Shown: positions 42,014 through 51,624, counted from the first letter of the stretch. The stretch: DNA of 64,000 bases from Candidatus Pacearchaeota archaeon (GCA_040879765.1 JBBDJQ010000001.1:333-64332), one strand, 5' to 3'. A program made the numbers and translations. Notes: generated by a model not told the origin, from the letters alone.

Positions 42014-42532
42014 ATGAAAAATAAAAAAGGGCAGTTGAAAATTCAGCAAATGGCATTTATGTTATTAGCGGTTACTTTGTTTTTTGCATTGGTTGGATTG
42101 TTGGTTTTATCTTTCCAGATTTCTAATTTAAGGGATACTGCAGGAACCTTGGAAGAAAGGAATGCTCTTTTGCTTGTAACTAAACTTTCAAATTCTCCAG
42201 AATTTTCCTGTGGAAGAGCTTTTGGAAATGCGAGAACAAATTGCATAGATGCTGATAAGGCAATGATTTTGAAATCTCAAATTTCGAAATATGATAGGTT
42301 CTGGGATGTAGAAGAAATAGAAATAAGAAAGATTTATCCTCCGCAAACAATTGATGAAGGATGTTCGTTTGAGAATTATCCAAATTGTAATTTGATAAAA
42401 GTTCTTGAAGGTTCAGGGAATAGCGTGGGATATTCCAATTTTGTTTCTTTATGTAGAAAGGAAAGAGTAAATGAAGAGATTCGAGATAAATGTGAATTAG
42501 CTAAATTGATAGTGAGTTATAATGCAGAATAA
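42014..42532 (+). CDS. pilin-like protein with class III signal peptide
   Basis: MKNKKG/QLKIQQMAFMLLAV. Confidence 0.8.
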   Translation: MKNKKGQLKIQQMAFMLLAVTLFFALVGLLVLSFQISNLRDTAGTLEERNALLLVTKLSNSPEFSCGRAFGNARTNCIDADKAMILKSQISKYDRFWDVEEIEIRKIYPPQTIDEGCSFENYPNCNLIKVLEGSGNSVGYSNFVSLCRKERVNEEIRDKCELAKLIVSYNAE

Positions 42533-42992
42533 AAAAGGGCAGGAAGAAATGGTTGGGTTTGCACTAATAATAATAGTTGTGTCTGTGATAATTCTTGCTT
42601 TTTTAGGATTGTCTTTGAGCGATGGAGAAAAAGAATCGGTTGAAAGTTATGAGGTAGAAAGCTTCATACAATCCTTTTTGCAATACTCTTCTAGTTGTGA
42701 AATTAATTCAAAAGTTTTGGAAATTGATGATTTAGTTAAAGAATGTTCGAGAGGAATTAATTGTGATTCTGGAGAAAATGCTTGTGAAATTCTTGAAGAA
42801 ACTATTGGGGAAATAAGTGAAGCAAGCTGGAGAGTTGAAAATGGAAGTTCGATTAGAGGTTATGAGTTGTTGATCAATTCTGCAAGTGAAAACCTTGTAA
42901 ACATTACAAAAGGAATTCAAACAGGCAATTCAAAGGGGGCAATACAATTCCTTCCAGATGGGATTGAAATTACATTTAAATCCTATTACTAA
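42522..42992 (+). CDS. pilin-like protein with class III signal peptide
   Basis: MQNKKG/QEEMVGFALIIIVV. Confidence 0.8.
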   Translation: MQNKKGQEEMVGFALIIIVVSVIILAFLGLSLSDGEKESVESYEVESFIQSFLQYSSSCEINSKVLEIDDLVKECSRGINCDSGENACEILEETIGEISEASWRVENGSSIRGYELLINSASENLVNITKGIQTGNSKGAIQFLPDGIEITFKSYY

Positions 42993-43339
42993 ATTTTTAC
43001 TGTGATTAAAACAGAATCTACAACAATTTCTGGCCGGTATCTTGTTCGATTTTTAGTTTTTTCGGAAATCAAATCTATGAATCCGAATCTTTCAAGCAAT
43101 TTTATGTCATCATTTACTGATTTAAATCCTCTTCCAAGAATTTTTGCCAATTCGTAGATTGAAGCAGGTTTTTTTGTCTTTATTACATGCAAAATTCTTG
43201 CTTTTTCATTGCTTAGAAGTTGCCTTAAAGCCAAAATTCCTGAAAAATCATAATCTTTCTTGGAGAAATTAGATTTTTTAAATACAGAAAAGTTACCTTC
43301 TTTCTCGGTTATTGTGATTTCTCTTGTTTTTGTGGTCAT
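42989..43339 (-). CDS. HTH transcriptional regulator
   Basis: LLSNEKARIL..IK...P.SIYELAK.LGR.FKSV..D.K.LE.FG; likely ATG at 43339. Confidence 0.85.
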   Translation of the reverse strand: MTTKTREITITEKEGNFSVFKKSNFSKKDYDFSGILALRQLLSNEKARILHVIKTKKPASIYELAKILGRGFKSVNDDIKLLERFGFIDLISEKTKNRTRYRPEIVVDSVLITVKI

Positions 43340-43629
43340 GTGATTAGCCATATATTTTGGCAATTACTTCCAAAAAGCTTATGGGGTTTATTTTTAAATA
43401 TATATCTATAATCTATATTTTATATATATGGTATTGATTAAAATATATACTAAATCTAAATACCATATATTAATAAATCTTCCTATTGATAAAAAGTGGT
43501 AGATTGTAATCTTGTTTTAGTAACACCAAAAGCTTTATAAATAAAGTTTATAAAACGGGCTATTTTAGAGAAATATTGTGATTTTATACAATAAGCTTTT
43601 TAAAGTAATATTGGTTCGGTTTTTTATTC

Positions 43630-43757
43630 ATGGAATATCTAATAGGGTGTTATCATAGTCATTCAAAAAGACAGTTCTACCCTATGACTGTCGGCTTGAG
43701 TGGAGTTGCCTTAGGCAACATGATTATAGAGCTGAAAGGAGGTTTAAAATAAAAACA
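43630..43757 (+). promoter_or_regulatory. long structured 5' leader of the S-layer gene, containing a 40-codon uORF and AAGGAGGT SD
   Basis: TTTTTAAAG box near 43596; several complementary segments; ATG at 43630 to TAA at 43752. Confidence 0.5.
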
Positions 43758-46160
43758 ATGTTAAATTTTAGAAAAATATCGGCTATTGGAGTTAGTGCGC
43801 TTATGTTCGGATTGACTGCTGGAACCGCTGCTGCTGCAAATTACCCATCACCTTTTGTTGTTGGTGGAAATGCAGATGTAGCCATTGTTTATGGTACCGG
43901 AACTGGAGTTTCAGTTCTTGACGCTGTTGAAGCAGGTAATATACAAAGCAACCTGCAATCTTTCACGACTGGAACAGGATCCGGTGGTACTTCATCAATT
44001 GAAGGAGATGGAATACAGCTTCAAAGAAGCACAGATAAATTCAATCTTGGAGACAATATGAGTGCGTTCTACAGTACCCTTGATAGTGAAGAATTGACAG
44101 TAGTTCTAAAAGATGGAGTATACTACAATGACGCAAATGAGGATTTTGAGTATGAACAAGAGCTAACACTCCCAACGACTACTCAGATGACACACTTTAG
44201 GCACAGAGACTACAATGACTACGAGCCTACAATAGGCTTCCAGTTTGCAAGAGGTGATGCCATCCTTAACTACACTTTGGAGTTCACTCCAAATGATGCA
44301 GAAGGAAGTGCTGACCTTTCCGACTTTTCAAGCACATTTGTGGAAATTCTTGGAAAAGAATATTTCATATCTACTGTGACTGCAAGCGGAGATGAATGGA
44401 CCATGACCTTACTTGACTCAGCTTCTAAGACTACTCTTAACCAAGGAGAATCTACAACAGTAACTGTTGATGGAACTGCTTATACTATAAGTATACAAGC
44501 TATCTCTTCTACGGGAGCAATCTTAGTGGTTAATGGAGAAACCACAAATAGGCTTAATTCTGGAGATACACAAAAACTATCTGGAGGAACAGGACACATC
44601 GGTGTTACTGACTTTCAAGCTGCAGCATTCCAAGGAGATACTGCTTTTGTTGAATTTAGCTTAGGAACAGGTGAAATAGTTCTTGAAGATGGCACCGAAG
44701 TTGAAATAAACGGAGATGCTGTAAGTCAAATAGACAGATTCGACGATTTCAAACTTAATTCCTATATAGTTAATGCCACAACAAACATAGAGTCAATAAC
44801 TCTTGAATGGTTGGCTGACGATGATGTATTCTTGACGTCTGGAAACGATTTGGTTATGCCTGGATTTGGAGGTGTTAAACTTAGTATGAATGACTTTGTT
44901 GTAAATACTAGAGAAACAGTTACCTTCAACGCGGGAGATCCATTTAGTTTGACTACAAATGTTAAAAACGGGCCTGTTACATTAGATTTATTCTATTTGA
45001 ACAGTACTGAAAATGGATTTGGATCAAATCTTGGTACAAGTGCTACACAACATCTAATAACTAACGAGACTGGAGGACCAAATTCAGTTGTTGCACTTAG
45101 TTTGGTAAACGAAACTTATTTCGTTGCTTCCTGGATTTCAGGAAGAGACTCAGAAACTTATGTTTATGAGTTAACTAACCTTAAGAACAATAACGGTAAG
45201 AACGAGACAACTTTGACAAGCCTTTCTGGCGGTTCAAATATTGTCTTCAGTGAAGTTACAGACAACAAAGACGTTGGAAGATTAAGGTTAACCCTTGACG
45301 CTGCTAACGTAATTGATGAGACTGCAACTGTTAGAGTAACTCCTGTAAGTGGTGGAGATGTCTACACAGACAGAGTATTCACGGCTGAAGGTTTGCAATT
45401 CAAACTTCCAGTAAGTGTTACAAATTCTTCATCCTTAGAAAATGGAGTATGGCTAGGTAATTCAAGTTCGCCAACAGCTGCAAACACAACTTTCTCTTTC
45501 AACTTTACAGAAGAAGATAGAGATGGAAATGTTGCTTCAGGAAGCTCATTCCAGATTGGAGTCAGTATAGATTCTGACGACGGAATTGAGGGAGATGTTG
45601 AGCCAGTTGAAGTAACTATGCTTCAAATTGGTAGGACTGGAGATGCCTATGTTGGCTATGTCCAATCTGATCTTGCATCAATGGTTGAATGGACAAAAGA
45701 TTCCAGTGGACTTGATGCAATGCGGGTTACATACCATGGAAGCGAAGCTTCCGCAGCTGTGTTTGTAGGTGAATTAGATGCCACATTATCTGGAGGTTCT
45801 TCAGGAGGTTCTGCCTCACTTGGAGAAGTTTTAGTTAAAGACACAGAAGTCAGCTCAGTTAGTTCAAAGAACTTAATTGTGGTTGGTGGAAGTTGTATAA
45901 ACTCAGTTGCTGCAAGAGTGCTTGGATCTGGATGTGGAGCAAGCTTCACTCAAACTACAGGAGTTGGTTCAGGCCAATTCTTGATACAAAGTGTTGGTGA
46001 TGTTTACTCAACTGGAAAAGTTGCGCTAGTTGTTGCTGGTTACGAAGTTGCTGATACCGCTAATGCGGCTAAATATCTAAGGACACAATCCATAGATACT
46101 GCTGCTGGTAAAAAATACATCGGAACAACTTCAACAAGTGCCGAACTTCAAGTTGCTTAA
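43758..46160 (+). CDS. S-layer protein
   Basis: signal peptide; NYP.PFV...IVYG; C-terminal NLIVVGG..INSVA and LVVAGY...DT; many N-x-S/T sites; strong SD. Confidence 0.88.
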   Translation: MLNFRKISAIGVSALMFGLTAGTAAAANYPSPFVVGGNADVAIVYGTGTGVSVLDAVEAGNIQSNLQSFTTGTGSGGTSSIEGDGIQLQRSTDKFNLGDNMSAFYSTLDSEELTVVLKDGVYYNDANEDFEYEQELTLPTTTQMTHFRHRDYNDYEPTIGFQFARGDAILNYTLEFTPNDAEGSADLSDFSSTFVEILGKEYFISTVTASGDEWTMTLLDSASKTTLNQGESTTVTVDGTAYTISIQAISSTGAILVVNGETTNRLNSGDTQKLSGGTGHIGVTDFQAAAFQGDTAFVEFSLGTGEIVLEDGTEVEINGDAVSQIDRFDDFKLNSYIVNATTNIESITLEWLADDDVFLTSGNDLVMPGFGGVKLSMNDFVVNTRETVTFNAGDPFSLTTNVKNGPVTLDLFYLNSTENGFGSNLGTSATQHLITNETGGPNSVVALSLVNETYFVASWISGRDSETYVYELTNLKNNNGKNETTLTSLSGGSNIVFSEVTDNKDVGRLRLTLDAANVIDETATVRVTPVSGGDVYTDRVFTAEGLQFKLPVSVTNSSSLENGVWLGNSSSPTAANTTFSFNFTEEDRDGNVASGSSFQIGVSIDSDDGIEGDVEPVEVTMLQIGRTGDAYVGYVQSDLASMVEWTKDSSGLDAMRVTYHGSEASAAVFVGELDATLSGGSSGGSASLGEVLVKDTEVSSVSSKNLIVVGGSCINSVAARVLGSGCGASFTQTTGVGSGQFLIQSVGDVYSTGKVALVVAGYEVADTANAAKYLRTQSIDTAAGKKYIGTTSTSAELQVA

Positions 46161-46176
46161 GTAGTAAGTCAAAAAC

Positions 46177-46208
46177 TTTTAATTTCTTTTTTTATTTTTT
46201 CATTTTTT
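46177..46208 (+). terminator. oligo-T terminator candidate
   Basis: long T tracts after the S-layer stop codon. Confidence 0.55.
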
Positions 46209-46263
46209 AGAGCATACTGTTAAGTGTGCAAAAATTTTTATACCAATTAAGCCAAAAACTTAA

Positions 46264-46854
46264 ATGAGAAAACTAATTTCCAAAGAAGCTGAAGCAAAAA
46301 AGAAAAAGAAGAACCAAATTACTGTGGGTGTGGTTTTGATATTCCTTATGCTGTTTAGTACATTAGGTTATGCGTTTCAATTTATAGGAGACAATGATGG
46401 GACAGGAATTTTACCAGATTCTGAAACTTTTAATTATAATGGTTTTGAATTTAGGGAACAAAGTGGTTTTTTTATATTAAGCAAAGATGGTAAAAATTTT
46501 ATATTTAGAAATCATCCTGCAAATGTTCCAAATTTTAATTTAGAATTGAATTCTTTTGAAAGTTATTTAGATAGACCTCTTTACATAAACTCCGAAAGTC
46601 CTGGAGCTTCTTCAGAAATAAGAACAAATCTAATTCAATTTGTAGATGGTTTGAAAGAAGGTTGTTTTAAAGATAATTGTAAAGAAGAGTTTGAAAAAAT
46701 CACTTGTGAAGACAACTTCATCCAAATAAGAATTAACGAAAACGGAGAAAATTTAATGACTAAAGAAGGGAATTGTGTATTTATAGAAGGCAAGGAAGAA
46801 GATTTGGATTTGCTTGCTGATTCTTTCCTGTTTGAAATAATTGGTGTGAGTTAA
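46264..46854 (+). CDS. membrane-anchored hypothetical protein
   Basis: N-terminal TM; Cys-containing domain resembling the next gene's C-terminus. Confidence 0.75.
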   Translation: MRKLISKEAEAKKKKKNQITVGVVLIFLMLFSTLGYAFQFIGDNDGTGILPDSETFNYNGFEFREQSGFFILSKDGKNFIFRNHPANVPNFNLELNSFESYLDRPLYINSESPGASSEIRTNLIQFVDGLKEGCFKDNCKEEFEKITCEDNFIQIRINENGENLMTKEGNCVFIEGKEEDLDLLADSFLFEIIGVS

Positions 46855-46884
46855 GTTTAAAAATTAAATTCATCTAAAATTCAA

Positions 46885-47490
46885 ATGGCATCACAAAAAA
46901 CAAAACAGATTAATGCTGAAAACAAAATCTTAAGGAATTTCTTCATTTCTATTTTTGTTTTTATTCTCTTTATTTTAGCCGCTTATCTTTTCATAGATAA
47001 TTTAAGACACTTCGAATATGAAGGAGTAGAATTCCAAACAGTAAGTTTCTGTGATGCCGAACCATGTTTAGTTTTATATAAAACCACCTTTCCAGTAATT
47101 ACAGGGGAAGGAAGAACGGCAGATATGTATCTTAGAAATGACCCTCGAGAATTGAAAGATATAGAATTTAATGGAAGTATGAACCTTTTCGGGGAATTTA
47201 TTCTTGATTCTACAAATGATTTTAATTGTGAAGGGGATGGAGTTATTGCAATTGCGAATATGGTTCAATTCTATGAACTCTTTGGAGTAAATATTTTCAA
47301 GAATGATTCAATTTCTTGTGATGAAACTTCAGAGCATACTTATGTAAGAATAACTGAAGGCAATGAGACAAGAGTTCAACAAACTGGATTATCTTGTTAT
47401 GATATAGAAATAAAAAATTGTGAAATTCTTGAAGGTACTGAAAGATTCTTGTTAGAATCTTTTGTTAAGGTTAACAAATTATTTTTTTGA
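46885..47490 (+). CDS. membrane-anchored hypothetical protein
   Basis: N-terminal TM; RNDPR; Cys pairs. Confidence 0.75.
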   Translation: MASQKTKQINAENKILRNFFISIFVFILFILAAYLFIDNLRHFEYEGVEFQTVSFCDAEPCLVLYKTTFPVITGEGRTADMYLRNDPRELKDIEFNGSMNLFGEFILDSTNDFNCEGDGVIAIANMVQFYELFGVNIFKNDSISCDETSEHTYVRITEGNETRVQQTGLSCYDIEIKNCEILEGTERFLLESFVKVNKLFF

Positions 47491-48027
47491 GCTTCTTTTT
47501 CTCGAATGTTTGAATAAATATTTTAAATCTGAGTAGAATGGAATTTCTTTTATCTTGAAATATTTTACTTGGGCAAACCAAATTACAACAACAAATACAG
47601 TACTCATAGAATACCAGAAAAATTCATGAGCCAATATGAAAAGTGAGGCTCCTTCAAATAAGATGAAAATTAACACAACTATTCTAATTATGTTTATTGT
47701 TAGTAAAGCCACAAACGAAACTAAGACTATCTTTATTCTTTTCTGTAAACTGATTCCAGGAGTCGCCAGATTTAAAATAAGTAAAAGAAAGTATGCTGAG
47801 CCAGCAATACATGCTTTTATAAATTCTATAGCTATTCCATCGACTAAAATTATATCTCCGAATATTTTTGTTTCAAAAAATAAACTCATTATGACAAAAA
47901 CAGGGATAACTGTCAAAGGCGTAAAAATAAGATAAAAAATAAATAAACTATTAAGAGAAACTATAATTAAAAAGAAATATCTTGAGAAGATTTCTAATAT
48001 TTTTTTAGATTCATCACTAAATTTCAT
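47479..48027 (-). CDS. exosortase/archaeosortase-family protein (pacearchaeosortase-like)
   Basis: multi-TM with Cys (KACIAG), Arg (NIIRI) and His (LAHEF) at sortase triad-like positions. Confidence 0.8.
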   Translation of the reverse strand: MKFSDESKKILEIFSRYFFLIIVSLNSLFIFYLIFTPLTVIPVFVIMSLFFETKIFGDIILVDGIAIEFIKACIAGSAYFLLLILNLATPGISLQKRIKIVLVSFVALLTINIIRIVVLIFILFEGASLFILAHEFFWYSMSTVFVVVIWFAQVKYFKIKEIPFYSDLKYLFKHSRKRSSKK

Positions 48028-48065
48028 TAAGGATGAATGAAAAATCACTTTAAATAATTTAAGAA

Positions 48066-49814
48066 TTATCTTCTAAGAATTCTTATGGCAACAATGATTA
48101 TTGCTACCACAATTATTAGATTAAGAATTGCAAATCCCCACAAATAATTTACTCCAATTGCTCCCCCTGTAAAAAATCCAGATTTTCCTTCAATCAAAAC
48201 TGATACTGGTTGGCTCACAACTAGAGTGTTTTCAGATATAACTTCAATATTGAAAGTTTTTTGTCCTGAAACATCTTTATTTACCTCTAAAGTTAAAATA
48301 ACATCTCTTGAACTCCCTGGACTTAATATGAGGCTTGAAGGGACAGCATTTGCTGAGTTTGCCCATTCTCCGAATCCTGCTGGATTAATCAAAAACTCTG
48401 CCTGTTCATTTCCCGTGTTTGTTATAACTGCTCTTACAACAAGTTCATCTCCTGCTCTTCCTCCAGATTCAAGGTTAGCTGAAACGGTTGCTGTTCCCCC
48501 AGAATTACAATTTCCTTCCACTTGTAAATACACGAAGAATTCTTCGTCTGAGGTTTCATCGTAATTATCATCATCTTCATCGTAGCCGTAAAAGGTATTC
48601 ATTATCAAAATATATTGCTTTTCTTCTGCATCTTGAGGCACATTAAATGCGAAATTGACTGTTCCGTCATCTCCAGCATCAAAATCTCCTAAAAGAACTT
48701 CCTCTTGATTGACTCCAAGTTCTTGGTTTCTAAGAACAACTGCAATTTGGTCTTCAAAATCTTCGTCTCCTATGTTCCAAACATCTGCTGAGAATGAAAC
48801 TTGAGAACCACAGAAAGCCTGGATTGGTATTGGATAACTTTCTCTATCTACAATAACCATCTTTTCTTCATCATTTTCAGCTTCTACTGCAATGTCTGTG
48901 TAAGTGTTTTCTCCTCCAGAGAATGAACTTGTTCCTTCTTCAAAATCGCTTGAAAAATCAATACATCCTTCTTCATCATCTTCACTGAAAGTTCCTTCAG
49001 CCTTAACCATTACTCTATAGCTGTCAGTTTTGAAAGCTTCACTTGGGTCTACTCTAAATTTAAATATGTGTTCTCTTTCTTCATTTTCATCAACATCTCC
49101 CAAATCATATTGCTCATCTTCTTCAGATACCCAAATCATATCATCAGAAACATCTTTTCCATTTTCATCAAATAAAGCTAATGTAATTTCTACATCTTCG
49201 AAAGCATCGTCATCCCTGTCATTTTCAACTTCAACTTCAATTTCTATTGTGTCAAGAGGCAACCATTCTTCTTCATCTCCTTCGCCTCTGTTATTAATAT
49301 CAACATTCAAAGTCAAACCATTTGCATTAAATGCTCCAGCTCCATCAGCACAAAATTGTGTTGGGCTTGGATTTGAAGATTCTGTTATTGTGGTTGAGAA
49401 GTCAAATGTTGAATTTTGGGCCAACCCTTCTGGATGAGCCAAAACTGTTCCATTTATTTCTCCGTCAAAATTAGTATTAAAATTTATTGTGGCTGTTACA
49501 GATATTTTGCTGCCACTACTAATTGTCGTTCCGCTATCAGGAGAGAATGAAATTGATGAACTTCCGCCATTGACGGTTGAATCGCTCCAATTAATATCAT
49601 GTCCTCCTAAGCCAACATCTTCAAGATCAAAGGTAATTTCGAAACTCCCAACAGTCTGAGAAATTGTATTTGGAGCATTAATATTACTAATATTAAAAAC
49701 TCCATTATTATCTAAATTAGAAAATCCCGCACTTGTAAAACTAACAAATACAGCAACGAGAAACATGCTCAAAACAAACAATCCTGGTGTTTTTGTTTTC
49801 ATTTTTGTAATCAT
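48066..49814 (-). CDS. acidic S-layer-like surface protein with C-terminal TM
   Basis: signal peptide; Ig-like acidic repeats; GFFTGGAI followed by TM and RR. Confidence 0.8.
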   Translation of the reverse strand: MITKMKTKTPGLFVLSMFLVAVFVSFTSAGFSNLDNNGVFNISNINAPNTISQTVGSFEITFDLEDVGLGGHDINWSDSTVNGGSSSISFSPDSGTTISSGSKISVTATINFNTNFDGEINGTVLAHPEGLAQNSTFDFSTTITESSNPSPTQFCADGAGAFNANGLTLNVDINNRGEGDEEEWLPLDTIEIEVEVENDRDDDAFEDVEITLALFDENGKDVSDDMIWVSEEDEQYDLGDVDENEEREHIFKFRVDPSEAFKTDSYRVMVKAEGTFSEDDEEGCIDFSSDFEEGTSSFSGGENTYTDIAVEAENDEEKMVIVDRESYPIPIQAFCGSQVSFSADVWNIGDEDFEDQIAVVLRNQELGVNQEEVLLGDFDAGDDGTVNFAFNVPQDAEEKQYILIMNTFYGYDEDDDNYDETSDEEFFVYLQVEGNCNSGGTATVSANLESGGRAGDELVVRAVITNTGNEQAEFLINPAGFGEWANSANAVPSSLILSPGSSRDVILTLEVNKDVSGQKTFNIEVISENTLVVSQPVSVLIEGKSGFFTGGAIGVNYLWGFAILNLIIVVAIIIVAIRILRR

Positions 49815-49899
49815 TCTGGAGTTACTATGGTTTATAAAGATTTCTATTTTGAAAAATATATTTCAAAAAGTTTATATACATTCTGGTTTTAATTTTAAT

Positions 49900-50283
49900 A
49901 TGACTTTGAGATCTCATGAAAATTATGTAGGCGCTTGGGCTTTCCTCATAGGAGTTGTGCTTGCCGTCTTGATTGGGCTTTCAACAAGCCTTGCAATATC
50001 CTTTCTAATAACATATAGTAAACAGATTTACGCCATACTGGTCTTGCTTGGAGTCATTGTAGGTTTCCTCGGAGTTACGGGAAAAGACTCACAAACATTC
50101 CTCATTGCAGCCGCAGTATTGGTCATAGTAAGTGGTTTGAGCGCAGAAAGTATTAGAGGTTCATTAATTGGGATTGGGATTGGGGATGCTGTAAATAACA
50201 TCTTCAGTGCATTAATTGCCCTTTTTGCCCCTGCAGCAATAATTGTATCTTTAAAGACTGTGTTTAGCATTGCTAAAGTTTAA
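49900..50283 (+). CDS. four-TM membrane protein
   Basis: GAWAFLIGVVLAV...LG..VGF...PAA..V.LK; ATG at 49900. Confidence 0.75.
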   Translation: MTLRSHENYVGAWAFLIGVVLAVLIGLSTSLAISFLITYSKQIYAILVLLGVIVGFLGVTGKDSQTFLIAAAVLVIVSGLSAESIRGSLIGIGIGDAVNNIFSALIALFAPAAIIVSLKTVFSIAKV

Positions 50284-50424
50284 ATGGAAAAAAGAAATCT
50301 AAAATGTCTGTTTGGGAGACATGATTGGGAAAAATTTATGGGTCCGCGAAGTGTTGGAGGTGGAAAGTTTTCTCAAAAGTATGTTTGTAAAAGATGTAGA
50401 AAAATGAAAGAAGTTTCAGGCTAG
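50284..50424 (+). CDS. small Zn-binding protein (46 aa, DUF1660-like; not in ORF track)
   Basis: MEKRNLKCLFGRHDW...YVCKRCRK; abuts the upstream stop. Confidence 0.65.
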   Translation: MEKRNLKCLFGRHDWEKFMGPRSVGGGKFSQKYVCKRCRKMKEVSG

Positions 50425-50723
50425 AATCCAACTGCTTCCTTGTCTAGAGATTCTTCAAAATCTTCATTAAAGTAAAGCTTTCTTTCTGCAGGATTCAAAA
50501 TTAATGCCCTCCCAGAATAATCTTGTTTATCGAAACTTTTTATGGTAGATTTGTATTTCCTATTAGCACTTATTTTTATATTCTCGCCATCAGAAGTTTC
50601 AAAAAAATAATCCAACCCCCCTCGCTCATTCACTACGGGAGGTAAAACCTTCCCTTCAATAAATTTATTCTCTGATACTGCAGTAATAAGTTTATTAACC
50701 AGTCGCCTCATCTGCTTAACCAT
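50421..50723 (-). CDS. hypothetical protein
   Basis: ORF downstream of sepF. Confidence 0.55.
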   Translation of the reverse strand: MVKQMRRLVNKLITAVSENKFIEGKVLPPVVNERGGLDYFFETSDGENIKISANRKYKSTIKSFDKQDYSGRALILNPAERKLYFNEDFEESLDKEAVGF

Positions 50724-50734
50724 CTTAGAAATAA

Positions 50735-51103
50735 TTATTCTTTTTTTTCAATTTCTTCCTTGTGTATCTTTGCGAAAGAAGGAGTTGCTATAACTAAGTT
50801 TTCTCCGAATCCTGCGATACTCCCTTCAAGAACATCAATTGTTTTCTTTACTTTTGAAATTGCCCTCTTAAGTTCTATTGAGTCCCTTTGTTTCAATGAT
50901 TTTATATCCATAACTACAATTGTGTAGCCCTCTCTTAAAGAATTTAGAACTTGATTAACATCTTCGTATTGCTTCATAACGAAAAGTTTTACGGAAATTT
51001 TCTTATTATCTTTTTCGTTGTTCAAATCTATTTCGAGATATTCGTCCCCGTCTATATTTTCTGGAGAATCTGAAAATGCTCTTCTTATCCTATCAAAAAC
51101 CAT
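50735..51103 (-). CDS. sepF: cell division protein SepF
   Basis: EYLEID, LREG..IV..D, ELKR, G.I...G....IATP. Confidence 0.9.
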   Translation of the reverse strand: MVFDRIRRAFSDSPENIDGDEYLEIDLNNEKDNKKISVKLFVMKQYEDVNQVLNSLREGYTIVVMDIKSLKQRDSIELKRAISKVKKTIDVLEGSIAGFGENLVIATPSFAKIHKEEIEKKE

Positions 51104-51153
51104 AGTAAATTTACAGGCAAGATATTTATAAAGATTTCGTAACTTTTTGTCGA

Positions 51154-51462
51154 CTATTTCTCTGAAAGTTCAGCCCTCATGTTTTCTAGTTTTTCCATAA
51201 GAGAACTTTCCTGTTTAGAAAGAGAATCTAACCTCATCTCCAAAATCTTAACTTTATTTGAAAGTTCTTCAATAACTTTCTTTCTGTCAGTTTTTACCAT
51301 GAGTTGCCCAATAATTTTAAAGGCGTCTTCATCAGAGGATTTCAATTCTTCCAAACCTGCTTGAGTTTCAGACAATTCCATTTCAAAAGATTGTCTTTGC
51401 ATAAATGAGTTTTGAAGATTCTGTTCAAGAATTTGCATTTCCTGGAGTTTTTGTTGATCCAT
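51154..51462 (-). CDS. pfdB: prefoldin beta subunit
   Basis: coiled coils around FKIIGQLMV. Confidence 0.9.
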   Translation of the reverse strand: MDQQKLQEMQILEQNLQNSFMQRQSFEMELSETQAGLEELKSSDEDAFKIIGQLMVKTDRKKVIEELSNKVKILEMRLDSLSKQESSLMEKLENMRAELSEK

Positions 51463-51600
51463 CTATATTGCCTTAACCTTTTTTGCTTTTGTTCTAGGTT
51501 TGTAGAAAATTTTGCTTCCACAATGTGTGCATGTAAATCTTTTTTCTAGATTTTTATGAATTATTTTTTTCTCACACTTAAAACATTTGTATGTTACCAT
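51463..51600 (-). CDS. rpoP: RNA polymerase subunit Rpo12/P (not in ORF track)
   Basis: MVTYKCFKC...CTHCGSKIFYKPR; lies between rpl37ae and pfdB. Confidence 0.9.
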   Translation of the reverse strand: MVTYKCFKCEKKIIHKNLEKRFTCTHCGSKIFYKPRTKAKKVKAI

Positions 51601-51624
51601 TTTATTATTTATTACTTAGACTTT

